Assembly (NCBI GenBank): GCA_964515905.1
Contig: CAZEWK010000089.1
Coordinates: 13,719 to 77,718, forward strand
Length of the DNA: 64,000 nucleotides
From: an uncultured Rhodospirillaceae bacterium
GTDB lineage: Bacteria; Pseudomonadota; Alphaproteobacteria; UBA7887
Direction of reading: 5' to 3'
The notes under the pieces: model-generated
What the model was told of the DNA's origin: nothing
What the model saw: only the letters and a program-made list of their open reading frames with translations
The model's database searches: none
Made by a program: the position numbers and the translations under genes
In this document: piece by piece, positions 20,512 through 30,076 of the stretch
Layout of the letters: every line of letters begins with the position of its first letter
How positions within the stretch are numbered: the stretch's first letter is position 1

Positions 20512-20718
20512 ATGCAACAAGAAAGCTTTAATATCAGCACCAGAAGATTTTTAAAGAAAGTAGGTATTACTGCCCAACAAGAAATAGAACGTGCTGTTAG
20601 AGAGGGCATCGCACAAGGCAAAATAAAGGGTAACGAAACATTGTCTGCGCACGTTGACCTGGTTCTGGAAGGGGCTGAACTCCGTCTTACAATTGAAGGA
20701 GAGATTTCTCTCGAATAA
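20512..20718 (+). CDS. DUF6494-family small protein
   Basis: 68 aa from the internal ATG with a GGAGA RBS. ESFNISTRRFLKKVGITAQQEIERAV...LEGAELRLTIEGEISLE resembles the conserved DUF6494 proteins of proteobacteria. Confidence 0.5.
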   Translation: MQQESFNISTRRFLKKVGITAQQEIERAVREGIAQGKIKGNETLSAHVDLVLEGAELRLTIEGEISLE

Positions 20719-21004
20719 AGCAAGCACCTCATGAGAGAAGCTGCAACTGGCCAGCGAAGTGCCTCAACTTTAATGCGCCCAGTTTGCAAAATAGTATCAA
20801 AACTCAACAAATTTAGCCTCGAACCACCCAAGATCTTCGCGGTTTTGCCTGAACCAGCACAATTTTAAATTCAGCCAGCGGCCCTGCTCAACTTTGCATA
20901 ATTAAGTGCAGAAACAGTATAACATCGGTCTGAGAAAGAAAATGGGCCTTCGGCCATTCATAAGATAATTTTGAATATATAACAAAATAACAGGAGTACA
21001 AAAC

Positions 21005-22168
21005 ATGGCAGCCTCAATGATCACGTTACCAAGACTGATGATGATTGGGGCAAACGCTCACCAAGAGATCTCTGCTACGCTCGAAAGACTGAACTTAAAG
21101 CGCCCCTTAATCGTTAGTGACGCCTTCATGAAAAACTCGGGTGTATTGAACAAGTTGACATCCATATTGGATTCAACAGGAATGATTTGGGAAGCATTTA
21201 CGGACACTGTCCCCGATCCAACGACTGTGGCAGTCGACGAAGGTGTAAGGGTCCTGAAAGGCGGTAAATTTGATAGTCTAATTGCTCTAGGGGGAGGCAG
21301 CCCAATGGACACTGCTAAAGCGATGGCCGTGTTGGCAACTCATGGCGGGGCTATGAAGGATTACAAAGTTCCAACCCAGGTCGATCATTGTGACTTCCCG
21401 ATCATAGCTGTTCCAACGACAGCAGGCACTGGCTCCGAGGTGACCCGTTTTACGGTAATTACTGATACAGATACAGACGAAAAAATGTTGTGTATGGGTC
21501 TTGCTTACGTCCCTCAAGCAGCGTTAGTAGACTATACGCTTACACTGAGCATGCCGTTGCGACTTACAGCTGATACCGGGATTGATACCTTAACCCATGC
21601 TATGGAAGCTTACGTAAGTAAGAAACATAACCCGTTTTCGGATAGTGTAGCTCGGTCCTGTATGTCACTTGTCTTTAAACATCTAAAGAAAGCGTGCAGC
21701 CATCCCGATGATATTACGGCCCGCGAAGGAATGATGTTGGCAGCCACTCAAGGAGGCATGGCATTCTCAAATTCATCGGTTTGTATGGTCCACGGCATGA
21801 GTAGGCCTTTGGGTGCTCATTTTCATGTTCCACACGGACTTTCAAACGCCATGCTGCTACCGGCAGTGACGGAATTTTCTGCTTCCAACGCTGTGTCGCG
21901 TTACGCCGATTGTGCAAAAGCGATGGGGTGTGCGGAACAAAACGACCCCGCTCCAAAAGCGGTTGAAAAGCTTATTGAAGAACTCAGACAACTAAACATC
22001 GATTTAGAAGTTCCGAGTCCAAAAGATTACGGTATCGGGGATAATAAATACTTCAGCTTACTGGAAACAATGGCCGAACAAGCTCTTGCTTCGGGCTCCC
22101 CTGCCAATAATCCACGTATTCCAACCATCCCTGAGATGATAGATATTTATGAGAGAATTTATACCTAA
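21005..22168 (+). CDS. iron-containing alcohol dehydrogenase family protein
   Basis: 387 aa. GGGSPMDTAKA glycine-rich NAD site and the His motifs of Fe-ADH. Confidence 0.85.
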   Translation: MAASMITLPRLMMIGANAHQEISATLERLNLKRPLIVSDAFMKNSGVLNKLTSILDSTGMIWEAFTDTVPDPTTVAVDEGVRVLKGGKFDSLIALGGGSPMDTAKAMAVLATHGGAMKDYKVPTQVDHCDFPIIAVPTTAGTGSEVTRFTVITDTDTDEKMLCMGLAYVPQAALVDYTLTLSMPLRLTADTGIDTLTHAMEAYVSKKHNPFSDSVARSCMSLVFKHLKKACSHPDDITAREGMMLAATQGGMAFSNSSVCMVHGMSRPLGAHFHVPHGLSNAMLLPAVTEFSASNAVSRYADCAKAMGCAEQNDPAPKAVEKLIEELRQLNIDLEVPSPKDYGIGDNKYFSLLETMAEQALASGSPANNPRIPTIPEMIDIYERIYT

Positions 22169-22267
22169 AGTAAATTATGGTCGTTATTGACAACACATGT
22201 TAGCGGGTGCTAGCCAACCTCACCCGTTTTAACCAACCTCAACAATGGGACAAGCATAGTCACAATA

Positions 22268-23143
22268 ATGCAGAGCTACGACGATAATAATGGTTTGATT
22301 TGGTTTGATGGCGCAATGGTGCCCTGGAAGGAAAGCAAGGTTCACGTGCTTACTCACGGACTCCATTATGCCAGCGCCGTATTTGAAGGCCAGCGTTCGT
22401 ATAATGGGAAAATTTTTAAACTTGAAGAGCACACTGAGCGATTGATTCATTCAGCTAATACCCTAGGTTTCGACCTTCCCTATGCAGCCGAAGAAATAAA
22501 TAGTGCCAACTACCAAGTTTTAAAGGCCAATCAAATTTCGGATGGGTACTTGCGTCCAGTAGCGTGGCGCGGAAGCGAGATGATGGGTGTTTCTGCACAA
22601 GAATGCACAATACATGTGGCAATTGCTGCTTGGGAGTGGCCGTCATACTTTACACCGGAAGCCCGCTTGAAAGGCATCCGGCTACAGTGGTCAAAATGGA
22701 AGCGGCCGTCCCCCGAAACAATACCAGCCAAGACGAAGGCTGCGGGCCTTTATATGATCTGTACGCTTAGCAAACACGACGCGGAATCGAACGGCTTTGA
22801 TGACGCCCTTATGTTAGATTGGCGTGGTCGGATAGCGGAAGCAACTGGCGCGAATATATTCTTAGTCATTGACGGTACCCTGCACACCCCGATAGCAGAT
22901 TGTTTTCTCGATGGGATCACTCGCCAAACAGTGATTAAACTAGCACAGGACCGTGGCATTCAAACGGTTGAGCGTATTATAATGCCTGCTGATTTATCTG
23001 AAGCTGCTGAGGTGTTCGTGACTGGAACAGCAGCCGAAGTCACCCCTGTTAGCCAAATCGGTGAGGACCTTGAGTTTCAGGTAGGATCTGTAACAAAGAG
23101 ATTGATCGAGGATTACACACTACTCATCGGAGGCGACGTCTAG
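22268..23143 (+). CDS. ilvE: branched-chain amino acid aminotransferase (class IV PLP enzyme)
   Basis: 291 aa. GLHYASAVFEGQRSY and ...ETGANIFLV...VFVTGTAAEVTPV are typical of alphaproteobacterial IlvE. Confidence 0.75.
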   Translation: MQSYDDNNGLIWFDGAMVPWKESKVHVLTHGLHYASAVFEGQRSYNGKIFKLEEHTERLIHSANTLGFDLPYAAEEINSANYQVLKANQISDGYLRPVAWRGSEMMGVSAQECTIHVAIAAWEWPSYFTPEARLKGIRLQWSKWKRPSPETIPAKTKAAGLYMICTLSKHDAESNGFDDALMLDWRGRIAEATGANIFLVIDGTLHTPIADCFLDGITRQTVIKLAQDRGIQTVERIIMPADLSEAAEVFVTGTAAEVTPVSQIGEDLEFQVGSVTKRLIEDYTLLIGGDV

Positions 23144-23232
23144 GGACCCACGCATACGGCCAGCAATGCGCACAAAAATTAATTTAAAGCTGAAGTGCTG
23201 CAGAGTGGATCATTACCTAATTCTGAAACCTC

Positions 23233-23706
23233 TTACTTTTTATTTTTCCAACGCTCAGCAGCCACATTATCAGATGAACGCGCCTGCACCCACTTTCCAC
23301 TACCACCACTTTCTTCAAATTTCCAAAAAGGAGCCTTTGTCTTAAGCCAATCAATCAAAAACTGACAACTTTCAAGTGATGCGGCGCGATGGGCGGATGC
23401 CGTTGCAACTAATACAATTTGCTCCCCAGGTTCTAACCTGCCGTATCGATGGATGATACACACTGCATCTAGTGACCAACGTCTGTGTGCTTGGCTTTCT
23501 ATATCTTCTAGCTTCTTTTCTGTCATCCCCGGATAGTGTTCAAGGGTCATTGCACCCAGTTCATCTGGCTCTCCCACATTGCGAACGATGCCAACGAAGC
23601 TCGCTACACCACCAATATTGGGGTTACCCTGTCTGAGCGCTTTTAATTCCGCACTCACGTCAAAATCTTCACGTTGAACCCTAATCATCGCATGTGCCTC
23701 AGCCAC
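23233..23706 (-). CDS. moaE: molybdopterin synthase catalytic subunit MoaE
   Basis: 157 aa with GTG start. GGVASFVGIVRN...LEHYPGMTEK MoaE motifs. Start overlaps the moaD C-terminus. Confidence 0.85.
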   Translation of the reverse strand: MAEAHAMIRVQREDFDVSAELKALRQGNPNIGGVASFVGIVRNVGEPDELGAMTLEHYPGMTEKKLEDIESQAHRRWSLDAVCIIHRYGRLEPGEQIVLVATASAHRAASLESCQFLIDWLKTKAPFWKFEESGGSGKWVQARSSDNVAAERWKNKK

Positions 23707-23950
23707 CGGTCACGGGTGGAAACAAAGCTTCTTCGTCATTTGCACTCTAGGTGTGATCTAAACCAACATATTCTTGATTGACCGCTACTCGAACAACAGA
23801 GTGATCAACTAACGCATCTGCATAGCCGGGCCCTCGCTGGCTCAACCACTCTAGTAACTGTTCTACGTTAGTAACCTCTGTTGGTAAATCCAACTCTTCA
23901 GCGCCTACACCAATTTTTGTTCGTAACCACGCAAAGTAAAGAAGTTGCAT
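23699..23950 (-). pseudogene. moaD: moaD (molybdopterin synthase sulfur carrier) interrupted by an in-frame TAG
   Basis: N-terminal 66 aa (MQLLYFAWLRTKIG...VAVNQEYVGLDHT) ends at TAG 23747-23749. The same frame continues SANDEEALFPPVTGG then TGA at 23699-23701, which is the conserved MoaD C-terminus. The stop sits where a Leu is normally found. Confidence 0.7.
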
Positions 23951-23980
23951 TAATCCCTACCTACCCAATGTAATAACATC

Positions 23981-25267
23981 TTATTCTAATCCCCTAAATG
24001 GCAAAAAATCGACTAGCTGACCGCTCTCCACATACTCCAGATTTTCCGGCAGTTCGACCATACCATCAGCGAGTGTCACCGCCGAAAGAATTCCTGCTCC
24101 CTGCCTGCCGGACTTATTCGCCACCAAAAACTCATCGTGGCCGGGGTTGAGTGTACATCTAATGAATTCCCGTCGGTTTTTCTTTTTGTTATGTCTGAAA
24201 CCAGCACGAACCGGGAATGTCTTTGGTCCTTGCTCCTTCCCTCCAGCCAGACGCAAAATCAAAGGACGGGCAAATTTTATGAAAGTCACTATGACGGCAA
24301 CTGGATTTCCAGGCAAGCCGAGGTAAGGAACAGGCCCACTTTCAGTGCGCAAAGTCCCAAGCATCAACGGCCGCCCTGGCTTAATAGCTATGCGCCAAAT
24401 ATCAACCCTTCCCAAAGTGTCTAGTACACTACGAACGTGATCCTCTTCGCCGACCGATGCACCTCCAGAACTGACCAATAGATCATGGCTCTTGGCTTCT
24501 TTTTCAATTTGCTTCAACGTTTCTTCAGGATCGTCCGCCAAGATTCCTAAATCGTCCACATCACATCCAAGTGACGATAACATTGATCGCAGCACAATTC
24601 TGTTTGCGTCATAGATTTGTCCAGGACCCAAAGTATCTCCTGGCTCCCTAACTTCGTCCCCTGTTGAAAAAAGGCCAACATGTAGCGGCTTATATACAAC
24701 CACGTCAGTACAACCGGATGCAGCCAACAATCCCAAATCCATCGAACGAAGTCGCCGTCCCGGCTGTAATATTGCGTCACCCTTAGTTACGTCTTCACCT
24801 CGCTCACGTCGATTGGCGCCTCGCTGAATTCCATCCGGCAGGATTACGTTCGTTCCTTCAAATCTACAGTCTTCCTGCATAAAAACCGTGTCTGGCCCCT
24901 GGTCTAGAGTGCCGTCAGGGAGCATAGCACCGGTAAAAACTTGTAATGCTCCGCCCCTCTCCATATCACCTTTCATGGGTAAACCAGCGGCAATGCGGCC
25001 AAGTATTGGCAAGTTCGTCTCTTGATCCGGTATGAGATCCTCAAAATAAACAGCGTATCCATCGACAGCAGAATTTGAATAAGGTGGGACATGGTTTTTC
25101 GCTAATACTGTTTTTGCCACAATCCGGCCATTTGCTGCCTCCAACGGAACCTTCTCAACCTGAGAGATTGGCAGAACGCGATCTTCCAGTAGTGCCAGAG
25201 CATCGCTCAAAGGCAAGAGCTCACCTCCAGTAGCAAAACAGTCTTCGCTAAGCTGAGCCATCATCAT
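23981..25267 (-). CDS. moeA: molybdopterin molybdotransferase MoeA
   Basis: About 428 aa. MoeA N-terminal and MoCF-biosynthesis domains (GYAV, GxxxLGLPGNPVA). Start taken at the MMMAQLSEDC cluster; the longest ORF runs to 25303. Confidence 0.8.
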   Translation of the reverse strand: MMMAQLSEDCFATGGELLPLSDALALLEDRVLPISQVEKVPLEAANGRIVAKTVLAKNHVPPYSNSAVDGYAVYFEDLIPDQETNLPILGRIAAGLPMKGDMERGGALQVFTGAMLPDGTLDQGPDTVFMQEDCRFEGTNVILPDGIQRGANRRERGEDVTKGDAILQPGRRLRSMDLGLLAASGCTDVVVYKPLHVGLFSTGDEVREPGDTLGPGQIYDANRIVLRSMLSSLGCDVDDLGILADDPEETLKQIEKEAKSHDLLVSSGGASVGEEDHVRSVLDTLGRVDIWRIAIKPGRPLMLGTLRTESGPVPYLGLPGNPVAVIVTFIKFARPLILRLAGGKEQGPKTFPVRAGFRHNKKKNRREFIRCTLNPGHDEFLVANKSGRQGAGILSAVTLADGMVELPENLEYVESGQLVDFLPFRGLE

Positions 25268-25772
25268 TCGCCAATAAATTGTAGTGGCCAACAACAAAGT
25301 CACTAATTGAACTTATGTCATCAAGATGGAAGACTGGCCGATCCGCATCCTCTAAAGGTAAATCACTCACGACGGCTAACACTCTTGGATCTGACACGTA
25401 AAGCGGATTTCCTCCACGAGCACCCCTGTAAACTTCGATCTTCGGATGGCTCTCAAATTTAAAGCCCTCAACCAATATCAAATCAACCGGAGAAATTCTC
25501 GCTAATAACTCATTGAGATTCGGCTCGCTTGAACCCCGTAACTCGTGCACTAATGCCCAACGCGAGCTCGAACCAATCATTACCTCTTGGGCTCCAGCCT
25601 CCCGATGCCTATACGAATCCTTTCCGGGCTTATCTATGTCAAAATTTTTGTGCCCGTGCTTGATTGTAGCTATCGTAATTCCCTTTTTTACTAAATTGGT
25701 TATTAGTCGTACCATCAATGTCGTTTTACCGCTGCCACTCCAACCCGCAATACCCAGCACATTCATGGTCAT
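25248..25772 (-). CDS. mobB: molybdopterin-guanine dinucleotide biosynthesis adapter MobB
   Basis: 174 aa, P-loop GIAGWSGSGKTTLMVRLI. Confidence 0.8.
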   Translation of the reverse strand: MTMNVLGIAGWSGSGKTTLMVRLITNLVKKGITIATIKHGHKNFDIDKPGKDSYRHREAGAQEVMIGSSSRWALVHELRGSSEPNLNELLARISPVDLILVEGFKFESHPKIEVYRGARGGNPLYVSDPRVLAVVSDLPLEDADRPVFHLDDISSISDFVVGHYNLLANDDGSA

Positions 25773-26344
25773 GTCCCTTGTGACTCTTGAGCGAACATAG
25801 TTTTAAAGCCTGTTTTCCAATAACTATAAGCGCTGGCCACTCCAAGGCCTGCTGCTAACCATATTAAAACCACGCCGAACAAGTAAACACTGCTTGAGAG
25901 CTCTCCTGAAAAACTTAACGTATGACTTCCAAACAACAACACCAACGCTAGGAACTGAATTCCTGTTTTCCATTTACCAAGAGCAATTACGGGAATTTGA
26001 ACAGCTCGTTGTCCTAAGTATTCTCGTAGCCCAGATACAAAAACTTCCCGGCAAATAATGATAAGAGATGGCAACAACGGAATGGCATCTTTAGACAATA
26101 ACAAGGCGATTGCAGCCAAAACGAGCATCTTATCTGCTATTGGATCTAACATACGCCCAAAATCGGATACAGCGTTTAGTCGGCGAGCGAGAATTCCATC
26201 TAAGTAATCGGTTGCACCAGCGGCGATAAAAATAATGCACGCCAACCAGTGAGGCCAAACATCTGTCAGTAAAAATGCTGCCACCAATAGCGGAATCGAA
26301 AGAATCCGGAGAATTGTTAATAAGTTAGGTAGGAAATGAATCAA
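25769..26344 (-). CDS. pgsA: CDP-diacylglycerol--glycerol-3-phosphate 3-phosphatidyltransferase
   Basis: 191 aa, NLLTILRI...DYLDGILARR...FGRMLDPIADK CDP-alcohol phosphatidyltransferase motif. Size and context fit PgsA. Confidence 0.8.
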   Translation of the reverse strand: MIHFLPNLLTILRILSIPLLVAAFLLTDVWPHWLACIIFIAAGATDYLDGILARRLNAVSDFGRMLDPIADKMLVLAAIALLLSKDAIPLLPSLIIICREVFVSGLREYLGQRAVQIPVIALGKWKTGIQFLALVLLFGSHTLSFSGELSSSVYLFGVVLIWLAAGLGVASAYSYWKTGFKTMFAQESQGT

Positions 26345-26413
26345 TTTCTTTCGGCCCTCTTAATGCTTGCTGATAGCCCCTAGTCGCCCCTCACATTTGA
26401 GCAATCAATCAAT

Positions 26414-28318
26414 TTAATCATCACCATGAAAATAGTCATATACAAGTCGTGCTACTGTGGAACTGATGCCTTCTACCTCTCTGAGATCTTGCAGGCCTGC
26501 ATCCGCCACTGCACGCACCGATCCAAAACGATTCAAAAGTGCTCGCTTCCTTTTACTGCCGATACCACTTATTGCGTCAAGTTCAGAGCGACGAATATCC
26601 TTAGATCGTTTCGATCGATGGGTCCCTATTGCAAATCGGTGCGCCTCATCTCTCAAACGTTGAATGAAATATAGAATTGGATCACTCGGCACAAGCATGC
26701 GCGGAGGGCAACCTGGAAGATAAATCCGCTCCCTTCCCGCATTACGGTCTGGGCCTTTGGCTACGGCCGCCACGGTTACATTAGTAATCCCAATCTCTTC
26801 CAAAACAGAGCAGCATATAGATAGTTGCCCACGGCCCCCATCGATCAAAACTAAGTCTGGCCATTTTTCGTGCAAACGCTCCGGATCCTCTTTCTGCAAT
26901 CGCACAAAACGCCGGGTCAAAACCTGACGCATCATTCCGTAATCATCACCTGGCTCAATTGATTTTGTTAAGCCGGGCTTATTGTCAATCTTGATATTAA
27001 ATTTTCGGTACGCGTTTTTATTGAATCCATCAGGTCCTGCAACGACCATTGCTCCGACTGAGTGGGAGCCAGAAATATGGCTATTATCGTAGACTTCTAT
27101 ACGATGAGGTGTAGCATCTAACTGCAGTTTCTCGGCCAAACCCTCCAATAGGCGACGCTGGGATTCACTTTCCGATAACCTGCGCGCGAGGGCCTCATTA
27201 GCATTTCTTTCCGCATGCTCAACCAATCTAAGCTTGTCCCCTCGTCGCGGCACCGTAATTCGAATGCGACGATCGGACTTGAGATTTAGCGCCTCTTCAA
27301 CCAGATCGAGCCCTTCAATACTGTGGCTTAGCAACAAATTTCTAGGGACACTGCGACTCTCATAGAATTGAGCGATAAATGAGACCAACACCTCAGATAT
27401 AGTGGCGCCTCTATAATGTACTGGATAATGGGCTTTGTTCCCATAATTACTGCCACCCCGAAAGAAAAATACCTGAACACAAATCTGGCCCGCTTGCTGG
27501 TTTGCCGCGATCACATCCGCATCATCGATATACCGAACATTCACTCCTTGGCGAGACTGTATGTGGGCTAACGCACGAATTCTATCTCGAAGGACTGCAG
27601 CTTTTTCAAATTCCAATTGATCACTCGCATCCCTCATTCGAATTGCTAAGCTATTCCCCACTTGGGCACTTTTCCCGGACAGAAAATCGTCTGTTTCTTG
27701 AACAAGGCTATCGTAATCCTGCACCGTAATATGCCCAACACACGGTGCAGAACATCGTTTAATTTGATACTGTAGACATGGACGAGTTCGGTTGGAAAAC
27801 ACACTATCTGAGCAGGTGCGCAAAGGAAAAGCCCGTTGCAATGCATTCAACGTACGATTTACAGCTCCCGCCGAAGCGAAGGGACCAAAATATTGACCTT
27901 TCCTGGAACGAGCTCCACGGTGCTTCACTAGCATGGGCCAATCATGGCCACCTGTAAGAAGAATATACGGATGCGACTTATCGTCCTTTAAAACAATGTT
28001 GTAGTGCGGCCTAAGCCGTTTTATTAGGTTTGCTTCTAACAGTAGCGCCTCAGCTTCTGTATGTGTCGTAATAATTTCTATCGTGGCGGTTTTGCCCACC
28101 ATCTGTGTTATGCGATTGCCGAGAGATGCAGGCCTAGCATAACTCTGGACTCTTCGCTTAAGATTGCGCGCTTTACCCACGTAGAGGACCCGTCCGCTAG
28201 GATCCAACATCCGGTATACCCCTGGCTGATTCGGAAGTGTCTTAACAATTTTGCGGACTACTGGGATCCCCAAGTTGACGGTACTGCTCTCTGCAGATGA
28301 GGACGTATCAAGTTCCAT
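26414..28318 (-). CDS. uvrC: excinuclease ABC subunit C
   Basis: 634 aa. GIY-YIG N-terminus (GVYRMLDPSGRVLYVGKARNLKRR), UvrBC-interaction domain, RNase H-like domain, and HhH domain. Confidence 0.95.
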   Translation of the reverse strand: MELDTSSSAESSTVNLGIPVVRKIVKTLPNQPGVYRMLDPSGRVLYVGKARNLKRRVQSYARPASLGNRITQMVGKTATIEIITTHTEAEALLLEANLIKRLRPHYNIVLKDDKSHPYILLTGGHDWPMLVKHRGARSRKGQYFGPFASAGAVNRTLNALQRAFPLRTCSDSVFSNRTRPCLQYQIKRCSAPCVGHITVQDYDSLVQETDDFLSGKSAQVGNSLAIRMRDASDQLEFEKAAVLRDRIRALAHIQSRQGVNVRYIDDADVIAANQQAGQICVQVFFFRGGSNYGNKAHYPVHYRGATISEVLVSFIAQFYESRSVPRNLLLSHSIEGLDLVEEALNLKSDRRIRITVPRRGDKLRLVEHAERNANEALARRLSESESQRRLLEGLAEKLQLDATPHRIEVYDNSHISGSHSVGAMVVAGPDGFNKNAYRKFNIKIDNKPGLTKSIEPGDDYGMMRQVLTRRFVRLQKEDPERLHEKWPDLVLIDGGRGQLSICCSVLEEIGITNVTVAAVAKGPDRNAGRERIYLPGCPPRMLVPSDPILYFIQRLRDEAHRFAIGTHRSKRSKDIRRSELDAISGIGSKRKRALLNRFGSVRAVADAGLQDLREVEGISSTVARLVYDYFHGDD

Positions 28319-28800
28319 GTTTTTTCATAAGAATCTATAATTAAGAACTCAAATATTATGCTCCCAAGAGGTGTCGTCAATGAGATCACTTGGGCAATTT
28401 ATGAATGGCCTTGAAGAAGACCAGTAACAAAATCCCCCGATACGGGATTCAGGTAAACGCGTTTGATTAATATCCACGAAATCTGTGGGCAAGTATGTGG
28501 ATAATTACTGCGACACGCCCCCTACAACGCAAAGAACCCATCTTTACACATGTTTGCCTAAATTATAGGCGTTTTTTATAACCTATTGTTTTCATTTAAT
28601 TTTGTAGGATTCTATCTTTTCGCAGCTGTGACAAGGAAATGACAGCACTGAAAAGGTACCCAACCACCTCGTGTCGCGTGCCCTTGTGTACAAATTTTGC
28701 TATTTACCCTTATACGAAACCATAAATCCCAAGCAATAGACCCACTACTGTGCTTAAACCAAAGGTAGTAGCTCTAAGACTGAGGTATAACATCTAGCAA

Positions 28801-29232
28801 TCATGCTTCCCTTTCTTGCTGCAGTTCAACGCCAACAGTAGTGTCATTACCAAATACATCCAGTTTCTCAACTTTTATTTTGACAGAGATTACACGGTCG
28901 TCCTGAAAACAGAACATGACAATTTGCTCGGCCAAGCTCTCCACCAAATTTATATGCTCGTGTTGAACGATCTTGCGAATACCATTGACAACATCATCAT
29001 AACTTACAACTTCCTGAATCGAGTCCTGACACGGCACCCTGGACCTTTGAATATCGAGGTTCACACTGATCCGAACTCTTTGCGGCGCATCCAGCTCGTG
29101 TCGGTGGACTCCAATTTTACAGGGCAGCACTAGTCCATGAACAAAAAGCCGATGCCGAACTAAATTCGTCGTGGCGTCAGGGCTACAACTTGTTCCAATT
29201 TTCTCCCGATTGGCTAGAATGGGGGCCTCCAT
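28801..29232 (-). CDS. folB: dihydroneopterin aldolase
   Basis: FolB fold: ...VHGLVLPCKIGVHRHELDAPQRVRISVNLD... aligns to E. coli FolB. ATG at 29232 chosen; the longest ORF (TTG) starts at 29253. Confidence 0.65.
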   Translation of the reverse strand: MEAPILANREKIGTSCSPDATTNLVRHRLFVHGLVLPCKIGVHRHELDAPQRVRISVNLDIQRSRVPCQDSIQEVVSYDDVVNGIRKIVQHEHINLVESLAEQIVMFCFQDDRVISVKIKVEKLDVFGNDTTVGVELQQEREA

Positions 29233-29239
29233 ACTTTTC

Positions 29240-30004
29240 TTACTCCTTTGCAATCATGGTTGAATCGGATGGAGACCAACCAAGATGCTGGCCACCATCT
29301 AATGCAATCATTTGCCCAGTCATACTTTGTGCGCTCAATATATATGCTACTGCCTCCGAAATCTCTTCCGGCGATACTTTACGTTGCAACGGAAGTGCTT
29401 GCCATTGAGCACGAAACTCTCCCTCGGTTTGTCTAGAACTTGGCAAAGTCGGACCCGGCCCAACACCATTAACCCGTATATTAGGAGCAAGCGCCAGGGC
29501 CAAAGTTTGGGTCAAAGTCCATAACCCTGTTTTACTGATAGTGTAGGAAATGAAGTGCGGGGTCAGGTTCCACACTCTTTGGTCAATAATATTTATAATA
29601 TTGCCTACCTTACCATCAGGAACTTGATTAGCAAAAGTTTGCGATAACAGAAGTGGAGAAGTCAAATTCACACTTAAGTGTGCCTTCCAGCTCTCCGATG
29701 TCACAGTATGGATATTGTCGTATTCAAAAAGTGCCGCATTATTTATGAGGCAGCTTATTGCACCTAACCTTTCATGGGCTGAGTCTATCACACCCTCCGC
29801 CTGTCTCGAGTCCAACAGATTCGCAGAAATTGCCGTCGCTGTAGCACCTAAGCTTTGCAACTCAGAGACGAGCTCTTTTGCTTCCTCGCTAGACCGATGA
29901 TGGTGGACGGCAACGTTCCATCCCGCTTTTGCCATTGCAAGAGCAATAGCGCGCCCAATACGCGTCGCGGCACCCGTTATTAGAACGTTTTGAGTTATCA
30001 TCAT
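29240..30004 (-). CDS. SDR-family pteridine reductase (FolM/PTR1-like)
   Basis: 254 aa. TGAATRIGRAIA Rossmann motif and YTISK catalytic YxxxK. Closest resemblance is to FolM/PTR1, and it lies directly upstream of folB. Confidence 0.6.
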   Translation of the reverse strand: MMITQNVLITGAATRIGRAIALAMAKAGWNVAVHHHRSSEEAKELVSELQSLGATATAISANLLDSRQAEGVIDSAHERLGAISCLINNAALFEYDNIHTVTSESWKAHLSVNLTSPLLLSQTFANQVPDGKVGNIINIIDQRVWNLTPHFISYTISKTGLWTLTQTLALALAPNIRVNGVGPGPTLPSSRQTEGEFRAQWQALPLQRKVSPEEISEAVAYILSAQSMTGQMIALDGGQHLGWSPSDSTMIAKE

Positions 30005-30076
30005 TTGCGACCTTGGAGGAGTCTAAGATCTGGCGCAAGCAAACTTTCCATCGAAGCACACTCGCACCCTCAAAAA

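Noticed and set aside
20418-20831. 137-aa minus-strand ORF between ccmA and the alcohol dehydrogenase gene
   Set aside because: It overlaps the better-supported plus-strand DUF6494 gene (conserved family, RBS present). It has low-complexity, Ser/Arg-rich composition, which is typical of an antisense artefact.
20930-20965. GGGCCTTCGGCC hairpin downstream of the DUF6494 gene as a possible terminator
   Set aside because: The stem is short and has no adjacent U-tract on the relevant strand, so it was not called.
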